From: Octopus bimaculoides
Taxonomy: Eukaryota
NCBI RefSeq assembly: GCF_001194135.2
Contig: NC_068981.1
Location: 176,821,684-176,885,683, forward strand
Direction of reading: 5' to 3'
DNA: 64,000 nt
Shown: piece after piece, positions 23,183 to 36,422 of the stretch
Layout: each line of letters begins with the position of its first letter
Position numbering within the stretch: position 1 is the first letter of the stretch
The notes under the pieces: model-generated
What the model saw: the letters and a program-made list of their open reading frames with translations, nothing else
Database searches by the model: none
What the model was told of the DNA's origin: nothing
Made by a program: the position numbers and the translations under genes

Positions 23183-23383
23183 GCACAAGTACCAGACTTC
23201 AAGATAAATACTAAAATCAATATGATTAACTGCAAGACTGCAATTTAATAACTGAAACAAAGAAAAGGATATAAATACACACACACACACACACACACAC
23301 ACTTACACACACATACTCACACACACACATACCTATATCGGTTTGATGAGGCAAGCAGGAAAAATAGAACTCAAAACATTAGT

Positions 23384-23420
<37 letters not shown>

Positions 23421-23524
23421 GAAGACACTTGCCCAAGTTGCCTTGCAGTAGAACTGAACCTGAAACTACATGGCTGGGATGTGAAATTCTGAACCATACA
23501 AACTTGCCTGCACAAATGTGTACA

Positions 23525-23600
<76 letters not shown>

Positions 23601-24540
23601 CACACATACACACAAAATTTGGTAAGTGTATAGCTTTATTTTGAAGAATCTTATTCAAGAGGCAACTTTTATGTGGCTTACTCTAGCATGGTTTAGTTGC
23701 ATGTATTAATGATTATTTATTTATACTTATGCACAAGTTATCAGCATGAAAATGTTTGAATACTGTCGCTTTGAGATTTGAAAATATGATACAAAATTCA
23801 ATACTGAACTTGTAATCTTCTGATTTTAACTTTGATAGATTATCAAAGTGAAAGACCAAAGGAAGTAAGATTTTATTCCATGTTGCTATTGTTTTTACTT
23901 ATGGCAGTTAATGCCTTCTAAATCACGAAGGTCACTAGTAAAATAATCAGTCTGCAGCAAATTTCTTTGAGTTATATACAGCTAGTAATAAAAGGGTGAA
24001 ATGAAAACAATAAATAAGGAAGGATAAGCATGGAGATTGTTCCAAGAATTTATAGATTTTTCTCGTTTGGTCAATAGATTTATATAAGAGTACCCAGTTG
24101 TGTGAGTAATCTAACATTGGGAGGTCAACTTTAATCACTGGATGTCCAGGGGTTATCAGTTGTGAATAGAATTTGTTGTAGTAGGGAGCAAGATGAGAAA
24201 AGAAAGGACAGAGAAAGGGAGACAGAGAGAGAGAAAGGAAAGAAGGGCAGAGTGAGGGAGAAGAGAAAGACAGAGAGTAAAAGAAATAATACAAATGTTA
24301 AAATACCATGATGATATCCACTGAATCTGAACTGACACTGAGATGATTGTGTGAAAATTAGCAGGAGTGATAAGAATGGCTCTGCTCCACTCCAGTGATT
24401 AACTTCAGAAATGAACAATACTTGAAGCAAAAATTTTTTTTTTTTAATCTGGAAAACAATATGAAAACTTATTGTTATTTTTGTCGTCTTTATTCCTTGA
24501 CATCATAATTTTTCTCGAGTATCTATAATGATTAAATATT

Positions 24541-24745
24541 ACTCTTCTACTCTTTTACTTGTTTCAGTCATTTGACTGTGGCCATGCTGGAGCACCGCCT
24601 TTAGTCAAGCAAATCGACCCCTGGACTTATTCTTTGTAAGCCTAGTACTTATTCTATCTGTCTCTTTGGCAGAACCACTAAGTTACGGGGACGTAAACAC
24701 ACCAGCATCGGTTCTCAAGCGATGTTGGGGGACAAACACAAACAT
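24541..24745 (-). mobile_element. SINE family A, 3' half
   Basis: Tail and body match. Confidence 0.88.
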
Positions 24746-26980
24746 ATACACACACACACATTGGTTATTTTTCATATTTAGATTTTATATTGGTTATTTT
24801 TCATATTTAGATTTTATTTGGCACTACTCCTCAAGAGTTGTCAATCTGCTGAAGGTGTATTTAATTTCATTTCAAGTTTGCATTTCTTCTAATCAAGTTA
24901 TCAACTCTTAATACAAGCGTTACGAATTTTGGTGACAAAAGTGTGATCTCAACTCAGGACCTACTGAGCCAAAACATGTTGACCTCAGCAGGATTTGAAC
25001 TCAGAGCACAAAGAATCAAAACAAATACAGCAAAGCCTTGTATCCGATGCTCAAACCTGGTACATGGTACTTACTTTACTTATGCAAGCACATCACTCCC
25101 TACAGAGTATAAGCCATTGACAACTTCTTTCTGCTGTTCCAAGTCTTGTTGAGTTTGAATTATCATTGATGCTTTTGTAACTTTGCTTTTCTTCTAGGTA
25201 GGGGTTTTAGCCTAACATAAACCCATTTTTACCTCTGAGGAAAGGTGATCCACCTTAGTATGGCCTCTATCCTTTCTCTTCTCTACCATGGGAGGTCCTA
25301 CTAGGAAATTGCACTCCACTGGCATAGCTCTCAGTGTCATCGAGATACACAAGCCACCAGACCATGGCAAGAACTGGACCATGTGGTGGATGGTACATGG
25401 CATAGAGTACTACATGAGAAATCAAATCCATGTAGTGTTTGTTCATTTCCTAATCATAAAACTAAATATTTTCTAAAAGAGATGGTAGCATTCATGCTTT
25501 CTCCAGAGGAATTAACACTGTAAATTATTTGAAATGGGGATTGCATTTCAGTTAAAACCAGATTGTTGTGACAGCTTATCAGGAGCTTGTTTACTCTACA
25601 TTACAGCACTTTGGCACCTCAATATAATAATAGCCATTAATTGTAGCTCGGTTTATGACTGAACAGATTATAGGATCTGTTGCTTTCATCTTTGTATTTT
25701 GTATTGTTGTTGCTGTGGTGGTGGCTGTTATGTAGGTAATTACTTTCTTTCAATTTAATTTTATCTATAATTGTGTGTGTATGTGTGTGTATGAGTGCAT
25801 GTGCTTACATGTGTATGCACCCATCCACTATTCCTTTCAACATCTACTATTCTCTGTTGTCGTCTCCCCTACTTAGTTCCATATCCACTTAACCGTGTCT
25901 TTTAATCAATATACTAAAATGCAGTTATTTGTGAATAATGTCTGCTGATCACTTTCTTGCTGCAGCTTTGCAGACATTTAATGTTAGATATACAACTGAA
26001 CTAAAGAAATCATTTCCTTTATTTGCAACATATTTTATCACCAATGGAATTCAATTTGTTCAGATTTATTCAAATTAACCACAATCCAATACAGTAGCAT
26101 ATTTCAAAGATTGCAGAATAATGCTACCTAGATGTTGAGTTAATTCCAGGTCACTCACATGTTCATTATGATAATACTCGCACACACGTATATAATGTAA
26201 ATATATCTGCATATCTATATTCATATAACAAATATATGCGGTATTTAACACACACCCACACACGCACATATATTCTTTTATTCTTTTACTTGTTTTAGTT
26301 AAAATATAGCCATGCCAGGATACCCTTTTGGAGGATTTAATCAAGCAAATAGACCCCAGAATATTAAGTAGAAATGGATATGCTAGCTGTGCAATGCTTT
26401 ATATTTTTCTGCATTTATGTGTATACTTATAAATAGAAGAGTTGATATACATTTAGAGAGAGTGGGGGGAAGGAGCGTGTGTGTGTGTGATTAGTCATCT
26501 AGGTTAGTATTGTATAGAAATTTGCATAGAAATTTGCATAGAAGAACTAAGAAATACATTTCAACAAGCTTTTTAATTTATTTTAAATTTATCTGGTGTT
26601 TTCTAATACACACTATATTGTACATAAGCATTTATTCTTTGATCAAGCTACTAAGAATATATACACATATATAGGCACTGGCATGGCTATATGGTTAAAT
26701 CCACACATAAGTCTTTGATCAGAATGGGGCTATAGTAGAAGACACTTGCCCAAGTTGCCACACAGTGGAGCTGAACCCAGAATCATGTGGTTGGGAAGCA
26801 AGCTTCTTACCACATAGCCACGTCTGCATTTATAAAAGAGAATTGGATATAATATTATATCAAAAAAATATTTCCTGTATTTAACAAAAGATCTATTTTC
26901 ATTACCAGCCAAATCCTGGCATAGTAATATTCAGTAACTATAGCTTCCTCACACTTGACAAGAAATTTTGCATCATAGTA

Positions 26981-27186
26981 CAGTAATCCCTCGTCTATCG
27001 CGGTTTATTATTTAAGCTTATGTCAATTCCTCCATGGTGTTGTTTTGCAATTATAATAAAATAAATATATACAAATTATAAAAATAATTTTAAAAATATA
27101 CAGTACTGTTTCTACTTTGCAGATTTTCACCTATCGCAGAGGGTTTTAAAACATAACACCTGTGATAGTCGAGGGATTGATTACTG
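26981..27186. mobile_element. pogo/Tigger-type MITE
   Basis: TA|CAGTAATCCCTCG ... CGAGGGATTGATTACTG|TA; the right TIR has a 4-bp duplication. Confidence 0.85.
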
Positions 27187-27356
27187 TAATATTCTTACAT
27201 AAAAACATAACTATTTATGGATACAATTATTGTTTCCACAACATGATGCTGGAATCATTTTTAATATTAGAAACATTGAACAATACCATGATCAGTATTG
27301 TGAAAATATTCTCCTGAAATGATTAAATTTTGTAGGTCTTTTATTATTATTATTAT

Positions 27357-27910
27357 AAGTGAGAGAGCAGTGCATGCCATCAAAGTGACACTGGGGTAAA
27401 ATATATGAAGCCCATTATATCCATCATGACTACCTGTCTGATAAGAGTACACCAAGCACGTGCATCATAACCATATGTGTGCGACATGGTGATCTCATAC
27501 CAAGATAAACAGTGCATGACCTCGTAGGCGGGGCCCAGTTAGAATTTTCTTCAGGTCAAGTAGCCCATCCTGCTCAAAAGGTCCCTGTATAAGGTTTTGT
27601 TTAAGGATGTTGAGCAAAACACCCATGTTTCCAAAGGTGAATTATTCAAACCCCAAAGAATTCCTCTCAACACATGGCTATGATGATCCCCCACTACTTC
27701 TGCTCATGATCAGAGATGCACATATCATCAGCCACCAAGGGACATGCTCAACTGGTTAAAGTCAAACAACTGACAAGCAAATCTGTGGTATTAAGCAGAA
27801 TATTTGCTGTAGCCCATCTTTTATACCAAGGCAAAACAACGTACATGATAACACTTCCAATCAATTAAGATCAGAAGCCATGAGAGCCACTGCCTGGTAC
27901 TGCATCCGGG

Positions 27911-27911
<1 letters not shown>
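27357..27911 (-). mobile_element. About 555-bp non-coding interspersed element lying between two (TTA)n arrays
   Basis: GC-richer block bounded by (TTA)n at 27341-27356 and 27912-27963, no ORF. Orientation is inferred. Confidence 0.6.
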
Positions 27912-27958
<47 letters not shown>

Positions 27959-27969
27959 TATTATTTGAA

Positions 27970-28135
27970 CTCAGAGCATAAAGTTCTGAGTTCAAATTCT
28001 GCCAAGGTTGACTCTGCTTTTCATCCTGTTGGAGAGGGTAAAATAAGTACCAGTTAAGCACTGGGGTCGGTGTAATCGACTAGTCCCCTCCCACAAAATT
28101 TCAGGTCTTGTGCTTTTAGTAGAAAGGGTCATTAT
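27970..28135 (+). mobile_element. SINE family C, 5'-truncated
   Basis: ttctgagttcaaattc core through agtagaaagg and an ATT tail. Confidence 0.8.
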
Positions 28136-28154
28136 TATTGCTTTTATTATTATT

Positions 28155-28375
28155 TTTAATTTTAAATTTTGGCACACAAGCCAACAGTTTTGGGGTATTG
28201 GTAAGCCAATTAGATTAACCCCAGTATTCAACTGGTACTTAATTTATTGACCTGAAAGGATGAAAGGCAAAGTCTACCTTGGCAGAATTTGAACTCATAA
28301 TATAAAGACAGAAGAAATGCCACTAAACATTTTGCCCAGCACAATAACGATTCTGCCAGCTTACCACTGCCCTAA
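28155..28375 (-). mobile_element. SINE family C, inverted relative to the preceding copy
   Basis: Reverse-complement match ending gattctgccagcttacc. Confidence 0.8.
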
Positions 28376-28940
28376 CCACTGGGCCATTGCGCCTCTACTG
28401 ACTAACCCCTCCCTAACAATTTTAGGCTTTGTTCATAATTGACTAACCCCTCCCTAACAATTTTAGGCTTTGTTCATAAAGTATTATTAAATTTAGCATT
28501 AACTTTCATTAAAACAACTTTGTGTGTCTGTTGATCCAATAGGATTGGATATCTAATTTTTATAAGGTGGAAGGTTAGAAACTATTCTGCTTTAGCTATG
28601 TACTATGCAAATATATTTGAAAGATATTTCAACATTAAATATAGAAATACATTTCTAAACTTATCTAAGTAAAAATATTTTCTCATTTGGATAATGTGAA
28701 ATATATAATGTCCTCAATAGCAATAATCATTAAATTCCTCTTTCTAGAAAACAAATATAGGCCTCATAATAATTCAATATGAATATAAATAACCACCAAT
28801 ATTGTTATTTACAACAAGATTCTTATTCAATTCCACAGAAGATACGTAAGCAACTTCCACTCTTCACATAGAAACGTATCTATTCTGAAGATGGTTATTT
28901 ACAGATTATTATAAAGGAAGCAATTTTTATTGTGTTTTAG

Positions 28941-28984
28941 AGGATGCTAACACTGACAAAGCACAGTATGTTTGGATGTACTAA
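28941..28984 (+). CDS. Candidate exon (phase 1), (E)DANTDKAQYVWMY*, or 25-nt cassette to the donor at 28965
   Basis: Acceptor tttttattgtgttttag, donor ACA|GTATGT. Confidence 0.22.
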
Positions 28985-29411
28985 AACATAGCCAGTTGTT
29001 TTGAAGTAGGCTACTTCTGTCCAACAATAATTACACATCAGCTCAGGTATTAATCCTACACACACATACAATGTTATCCGTATGTTCATGTATTTTAACA
29101 CAGATTGTGATTATAATGCAGAACTTAATATATTCCTGCTAGTCAACTTCAATACAGCAGAGGAGAAATAATCAAGTTTTCATAACAACAATAAGAAGCA
29201 GAAGAAAAATGGTTTCAAATTTTAGCACAGGGCCAGCAATTTCAGGAGTAGGTATAAGTCAATTACATTGGCCCCAAAAGGATGAAAGGTAAAGCCAATC
29301 CCAGTGGCATTTGGAGTCAGAACATAAAGCCAAAAGAAACGCCACTAAGAATTTTTCCTGGTACTGTAACAATTCTGCCAGCTCAACACCATCATATAAT
29401 AATAATAATAA

Positions 29412-29810
29412 TTGACCCATCATGCCCATTTGATTCTGGGATTGTAAAGAAAGAGAAAGAAAAACAAAAAAACAAATACAATTCCTTAAAATTTGAAATA
29501 GGAAGGATTTGGAGAATTTGAAATAGGAAGAATCTGTAGAACAGTAAAAGTTGTGCCTATAATAACTGGTGCATTGGGAACAGTAAGCAAAGATATAGAC
29601 AAATGGCTGAAGGAGATTGAAATAGAATGCCCAGTAAAACTCTTACAGAAAGTTTGTCTCTTAGGGACAGCAAGGATTATCAGGAGGGTTCTATGTACTT
29701 GAAAGAGTGCTGAAAACATATGGATACCTAAGGTTATGGTAATAACCTGCTAGCCCCACATAAATCCTACCTGGAATAAGACCGAGCCTGAGCCAAACCA
29801 TAATGATAAT
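29412..29810 (+). mobile_element. R4/Dong-type RLE LINE, 5'-truncated, in a TAA array
   Basis: IDPSCPFDSGIVKKEKEK..KYNSLKFEIGRIW / VKVVPIITGALGTVSKDIDKWLKEIEIECPVKLLQKVCLLGTARIIRRVL*. (TAA)n on the left and a TAA-like tail on the right. Confidence 0.88.
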
Positions 29811-29819
29811 AGTAATTTC

Positions 29820-30040
29820 TACTATAGGCTTAAGGCCTAGAATTTTGGGGATGGGGGATGGGGGATGGTCAATAACATCAACTCCAATGTTCAACTTGTA
29901 CTTATTTTATTGACCCCTAAAAGAATGCAAGGCAAAATCAACCCCAACAGTATTTGAACTCAGAACATAAAGACAGAAGAAACGCCACTAAGCAATTTGT
30001 CCAGTATTGCTAACAATTCTGCCTGCTCACTGCCTTCGTA
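29820..30040 (-). mobile_element. SINE family C
   Basis: Reverse-complement match; another copy at about 29215-29390. Confidence 0.78.
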
Positions 30041-30724
30041 TAATAAGAACAATAATAACAACAACAAAAACAATAATGATAACAAAGAACCACTGAAACA
30101 TTTGAAGAAATATCTAGAAAATGTTGAAGACTCATTGAAAGTATTTGGTTTGGAGACATTAATTATATTTAATACATATATATATATATATACACATACA
30201 CATGCACATATTATATTTATGTTAGTACACACACAAGCACACACATATGAAATATACTTTTGGAACATTAACTATCTAATTATGAAGAATCAAAATAGCT
30301 AAGTATAATTATTGGTTTGAACTCTTTCAAAGCACTCGAGTTTGTATGCCCTAATTGGTGCTATACTATATCACAGGGCAAACCAAAGAATTCTTTCAGC
30401 TTCAATTTGCCTCACTATAGTTATATCTAAAGAAATTGACTATTTTATATTATAAATACAACACAGACTACACTGCTTCATTGACACATTGTTTGCTAGT
30501 TCACAACACTGTTTAGCTGGGCCTTATTTGCATACAGTTGTTTACCAAGCCATGAAAGGAGCTCCTATACAGTTGCTGAAGCTGTTAAAGTTGATAGAAA
30601 AATTATCTTTAAATCATATGTTTCAGTCTTAAAGAAGTATACTTTGGAGGATGTAGTTCCTGGTATACAAAGCTGGAATGACTTTGGTCATGTCTGCTTT
30701 AGCCCTTCAGATTCAAATTATTCT

Positions 30725-31065
30725 GTCAAGCATAAAGCTTATTTATTCACATTGTTTTGGATTAATTGGGTATTATCTCATAGCTTTGAGATTTCAATGG
30801 TGTGATTGTTTATTTTAAGAATGGCATTGTAGGGTATGCGTGAAGGGCCAGATCTGTCAAGTGTAACATTTATTTATTCACATTGTTTTGGATAAATCAG
30901 GCATTATCTCATAGCTTTGAGATTTCAATGATGTGATTGTTTATTTTTAGAATGACATTGTAGGGTAGGTGTGAGAGGCCAGATCTGGCCAGTTTGAACA
31001 TAAAACCAGTAGAACGTTCAGGCCAGATACAACTTGTTCATATGCTAAAAGCTAATCAGAGCTGA
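30725..31065 (+). mobile_element. MITE family D with a duplicated internal segment
   Basis: tttattcacattgttttgga..gccagatct block occurs twice in tandem. Confidence 0.75.
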
Positions 31066-31534
31066 CCTGTATGTAGCCAAGCAACAACTATTTACATACA
31101 TGTGCATGTGTGTCTGTATAGTCATGAGGATTCTCTGACCACAGTAAAAACTATATCGGTGATTCTAAATACATATACTTCTACTGAAAATTGGTGATTA
31201 CTGTCTGTGCATTAGTCTCTTTGTACTAAATCATCTACAAGCTTCATGATGAATGATCATACTTAATATTGGGTGACAGCCAACACAACAAAATAAAAGA
31301 TAATTTGAGAGTACAGACTAGAAAGACTGTCTAATCTTTAGATTGAATGTCTAAACTGTGAAGATATATTATTCATATTTCAAGATAGCATTAATCTTCA
31401 GTTATCTGTTTAAATAGAGCTATGGATGAAGACATGGGAAGAATTTTAAGTAAAACATGATTAGGGGTATTATTGTTTTGATACATTCCTATACAAATAC
31501 ATGAATAACCATCTGCTATTTGATAGGATATATT

Positions 31535-31810
31535 ATCATCATCATAGTTTTAATGTTCACTTTTCCATGTTCATATGGGTTGGATGGAATTTGTTGATGA
31601 GGATTTTTTACATATGGATGCTGTTCCTATCAACCCTCACCTGTTTGCAAGTAAGGTAACATTTCTGGTCGTTGGAGTGGTTGGCGTTAGGAAGGGCATC
31701 CAGCCGTAGAAACTCTGCCAAATCAGATTAGAGCCTGGTGTAGCCATCTGGCTCACCAGTCCTCAGTCAAATCGTCCAACCCATACTAGCATGGAAAGCG
31801 GACGTTAAAC

Positions 31811-31844
<34 letters not shown>

Positions 31845-31930
31845 GGAAATGAAGGACATCACTTGCCCGACAGAGTGCATGACAGAGAACCCCGTTTTAC
31901 AGCTATCACATGAAGTCAAGGAAAGAAGAC
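31535..31930 (-). mobile_element. Family E SINE-like repeat ((GAT)n tail) split by a family B copy at 31672-31842
   Basis: Host halves match the 35190-35400 and 52855-53040 copies. Confidence 0.7.
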
Positions 31931-33106
31931 AGTAACACATACATACATACATACATACATACATACATACATACATACATACATACATACAAGATAGTCT
32001 TCTTTCTGTTTCCATCTTCCATCTACCAAATCCCTTCATATGTCTTTGGTCAGCCTAGGGCTACAGCAGTAGACACTTGCCTAAGATGTCATGCTGTGAG
32101 ATTGAACCCAGAAGTAAACTTTTTACCACACAACCACACCTGTGCCTAGCCTCAACAGTACCTCAGGTACATAGTCTCAAATACTTAGATTGTAAGGCAG
32201 TGATATACAAGTTTATTTTTGCCTCTCTACATACGAGAACTCTAAAGTATCCTTGAAAATCATTACTGAACATTCTTCATTAACTAAAGTTGTAGAACTA
32301 AATCAAGGATAGAAAGCACATCATTCCAGTTAATTGAAAATAATTCCTTGAAAAGAAAAAAAATGTGAGATTTCATTTCCTCTTTCCTAATATAAATTTT
32401 ATAGTGATGGATTATCCTGTTCAAAATCTCATTAAAACTTGGACTTATTTGAAATAATGTTGCAATTAGCGAAACCTCTGAGGTGTTAACTTCAAAGCAG
32501 TAGAGCACCTGAACTAAGATTAACTCTGGAAATGCTTTATGAAGATTCATTTCTAATGTGACTTTTGTCTTCGTATAGTCATCCGTAACTCATCATTTCT
32601 AAAATAAGTATATTTTTTAGAATTTCATAAGAAAAAAAAATTGAGCTGAAAGAAATAACTAGAAAGAAAACAAAGCCATGGACTCAGGAAAATCAAGTAC
32701 ATCTGTACCGAATGATGGACACAAAAAATTCTTAATGAATTGAAAATTCACTCTTAGTTGAAAAAAAATAAAATAAAAACTCTGTGGCATTTATTACTGA
32801 TTCACAATGAAAAGTGGTGATAATTTCAATAGATTAAGATTTAATTTTAAAAAATTGGGCTTAAGCTGAAGCTTAAGGGGAAAAATCTGATCTTTGATCG
32901 CAGTAGTGACAGTAATGGACATGTTAATTAAATTTTTTTCCTCTCTTTTATGTGTTTCAGTCTGCGGCCAATTTACTGAAATTATCTCCCCCTTTTTTTC
33001 TGATTCACAGATGAATGCTACTACATTTTTGTTGTCTCTCTCCCATTATAAGGAAAATTTCAAAGCCTACAGAGTACATTCATAGATTAAATTAAGTAAT
33101 TTCTCC

Positions 33107-33339
33107 TTAATCCTTTTAGCATTCAGATTTCTTAGTCAAATAAATGTAATGCTTATTTATTCACATTGTTTTGAATTAACTGTGCATTATCTTGTAGCTT
33201 TGAAATTTCAATTATAGGATTGTTTACTTTTAGAATGAAATTGTAAGGTAGGCATGGGAGACTGTATTTGGCCAGTTTGAACATAAAACAAATAGAATAT
33301 TTTGGCTGGACATAGCCAGTTTAAATGCTAAAAGGTTAA
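33107..33339 (+). mobile_element. TTAA piggyBac-type MITE family D, full length
   Basis: TTAATCCTTTTAGCATT ... AATGCTAAAAGGTTAA. Other copies at 47862-48085, 49815-49975 and 59458-59685. Confidence 0.88.
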
Positions 33340-33544
33340 TTTAAATTATTTTTATTATCATGTAAATTACAGCTTGTCAAAAGTTATTAATAACCATTTT
33401 TCTATGTCAAAAACTGTGTTTATTGATCAAGCAGATAAATGTTGACTACACTTCACTGATAAGGTCTAAGAAAGCTGAAACATATCTGTTCCATTCATTG
33501 TCTTAACTAACAAAGATCAGATTTTCCTTTAAGAATAAGCTGGT

Positions 33545-33770
33545 GAAGTTGGGTGATTGAGAAGCTTCCTTCATAACTATGTGGTCTCGGATTCAGTCCT
33601 ACTGCATGGCACCTTGGACAAGTGTCTTCTACTGTAGCCCTGGGCCAACCAAAGCCTTGTGAGGGGATTTGATAGGTGGAAACTGAATGCGCCCATTGTA
33701 TGTATATATATATATATATATATATATAGATGTTTGTGTCTATGTATGTGTTTGTATGTACCTGTGTCTA
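33545..33770 (+). mobile_element. SINE family A, 5' half, followed by a family E copy to about 33995
   Basis: Head and central block match. Confidence 0.8.
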
Positions 33771-35424
33771 GACATCATGTGATTGTTGTAAATGAGCATC
33801 ATCCTCATCCAAGTGATATTGTTTGTCTCCAGTCATCTGTGAAAAATGTGTTTAGCAATGGGGAAAACATTACCGCACTTAGAAATAGATAATGGTTGGC
33901 AACAGGAAGGGCATCCAACTGTAGGAAATCTGCCTCAACAAATTCTGTCTGACCCATACAAGCAGGGAAAAGTTGAACATTAAATAATGATGAAAAATAA
34001 TAATGAATGAGAATTTATAAAACACAATTAATTAATTATGATCTTATTGTGAAGGCACATAGCCTAGTGGTTAGGGTGTTGCACTCAGGATTGCCAGATC
34101 TTGGTTCGATTCCCAGATCAGGCAGTGTGTTGTGTTCTTGAGCAAAACACTTCATTTCACATTGCTCTCATGCTGTGTGAGGACCGGCATGCCAAAAACA
34201 AACCTGTTTCCTGTGCATGTCAAAAAAGGTGACTAAATGAAGTTGAGGCAAGACTTGCATTCTGACCTTGTAAAACCCTCACCAGTAATAACTAACCAAA
34301 CAGACCCATGAGTTGTAGGGTTGTCACTTGAGTGGTACAAAGCTGTTATCTACCAGGAGTAAGGAATCTCAAACAAATGGTGGATGCAGCAAAACGTTCT
34401 TACAGCGTATGCTTCTATACTTCTACTACTTATTGAAATTATCTTTCTTTTTCTTTATAAGTGAACAATGAATGCTACAAGATCTGGCCAGTTCGAGCAT
34501 AAAGCAGGTAGAATATTTGGGCCAGATATGGCTAGCTTAAATGCTAAAGGGTTAAGTAACCACCTAGAAGATCCCTTGATAGGTCATAAGCTATTGACTT
34601 TCTAACATCAATGATAATCAACATTCAAGCTATAAATATTCCCTCTTTTATTTAAAAAGTGTAGTGAAACTACATTATTGAATGTATCCTGAATTATTGA
34701 GAGACAATAGTATGTGATTTCAGCGTGATTTGACTGTTATTTCTAGCAGTTTGGGCAACAATATAGAGGTTCCTTCTTTTAGCTTGAACGGTAGTTTGAA
34801 ACCAGAGTTGTATACTCAGGGTGTGTCATTGAAACACACATTGACACTATTTCTATCTGCTTTATTTTTGGTTGGGCAAAATTTCAAGATTCTCTGTTTT
34901 AAGAAGTGTGTTAAACATTATTAACGAAAACAGGTAAATGCATAAGCTGTATAATATAATCACATAAAGAAACAGATATAAACATATGTATATAAGTGAA
35001 ACCTTGTATAAAGTATTAAGTTAATACAGATGGTATGAAAATAAAAATTAGATAATAATTATGTACTAAAGAAAAGACAATATTAATTAGGAAATTAGTA
35101 TTATTTTGAATTATTCTAGTTAAAACAGACAACTCTGGATATATTTCAGTCTTATTAGACTTCTGTGGAATGTAAAATCTACTCTCAATATTATCATCAT
35201 CATCATTTTAGCATCCACTTTTCCTTGCTTGTATGGGTTGGATGGAGTTTATTGAAGCAGAAGCTCTTCCTGTTGCGAAACCTCAACTGTTTCTGAGCAA
35301 GGTAATATTTTCTTATGGCCCAGACATGTTTTTTTAAGAAAATACTGGAAAGGAATGATTGTTATTTACAACAATTATGCAATGAAAAGACAAGGAGACA
35401 CAAGTATACTTCACATTTACAAGT

Positions 35425-35464
<40 letters not shown>

Positions 35465-35721
35465 TATTCTTTTTTTTTTTTTTTGCTTGTTTCAGTCATT
35501 TGACTGCGGCCATGATGAAGCACCACCTTAAAGGGTCTTTTAGTCAAAGAAATCAACCCTGGACTTATTCTTCATAAATCTAGTACTTATTCTATCATTC
35601 TCTTTTGCTGAACCACTAAGTTACAGGGATGTAAACATAAAATCAGCTATCACGTGATGGGGTGGGGAGCAAAAGACACAAAGACACACACACATACATA
35701 AATATACATATATATATATAT

Positions 35722-35775
<54 letters not shown>

Positions 35776-35950
35776 GTATATATATAAACAACAGGCTTCT
35801 TTCAGTTTCTGTCTACCAGATCCACTCACAAGGCTTTGGTCAGCCCAAGGCTATTGTAGGAGACACTTGCCCAAGGTGCCTCACAGTGGGACTGAACCTA
35901 GAACCATGTGGTTGGAATCCAAGTTTCTTACCACACAGCCACACCTGCAC
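35465..35950 (-). mobile_element. SINE family A with expanded internal (TA)/(GATA) repeat
   Basis: Tail-to-head match on the minus strand. Confidence 0.88.
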
Positions 35951-35991
35951 CTATATACAATGGGTTTCCATCTATAAATCCACTCAAAGGT

Positions 35992-36145
35992 CAAGGCCGT
36001 CTTAACAGTATTATAGATCCCTAGACAAATCAATACCCTTGAGCCCTATTGTATTTATTGATTGACAGCAAGCCACAGAATGCAAAGATCAAAATTAGGC
36101 CCCTAGAGCAAATATTCAATGTGCTCATGCATTGAGATGGCACTG
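35992..36145. mobile_element. Small hAT-like MITE inserted in a SINE A head
   Basis: TIRs CAAGGCCGTCTTAAC / ATTGAGATGGCACTG. Splits the host motif ccactcacaaggc with an imperfect duplication. Confidence 0.65.
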
Positions 36146-36378
36146 TACAAGGCTTTGGTCAGCCTGAGACTATAACAGAAGCCAGTTGCCCAAGGTGTCA
36201 CATACTGATCTATGAAGTTTGCTTGTGAAATTTCTTACCACACAGCCATGCCTGTGTCTCTAACTGTGTCAAATATACCTGGTTTTAAAAGTACTTAGAT
36301 ATGAATAACTAGTTGAGGAAGATGGTTACAACAGAGATAAATACCTGCAAAGAGTTTTCATGAATAGGTTTTTTGCAG

Positions 36379-36422
36379 ATTATGGCAGTCTTCTAGAGGA
36401 TTTTGAATATACAGATTTGTAG
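36379..36422 (+). CDS. Candidate terminal exon (phase 1), (D)YGSLLEDFEYTDL*
   Basis: Acceptor ggttttttgcag; two YxxL motifs and a class I PDZ-like end (TDL). Short enough to be chance. Confidence 0.28.

Noticed and set aside
26672-26828. SINE A fragment with head-like sequence at both ends, mimicking TIRs
   Set aside because: More simply an inversion or adjacent fragments of SINE A; too short and diverged to support a new element.
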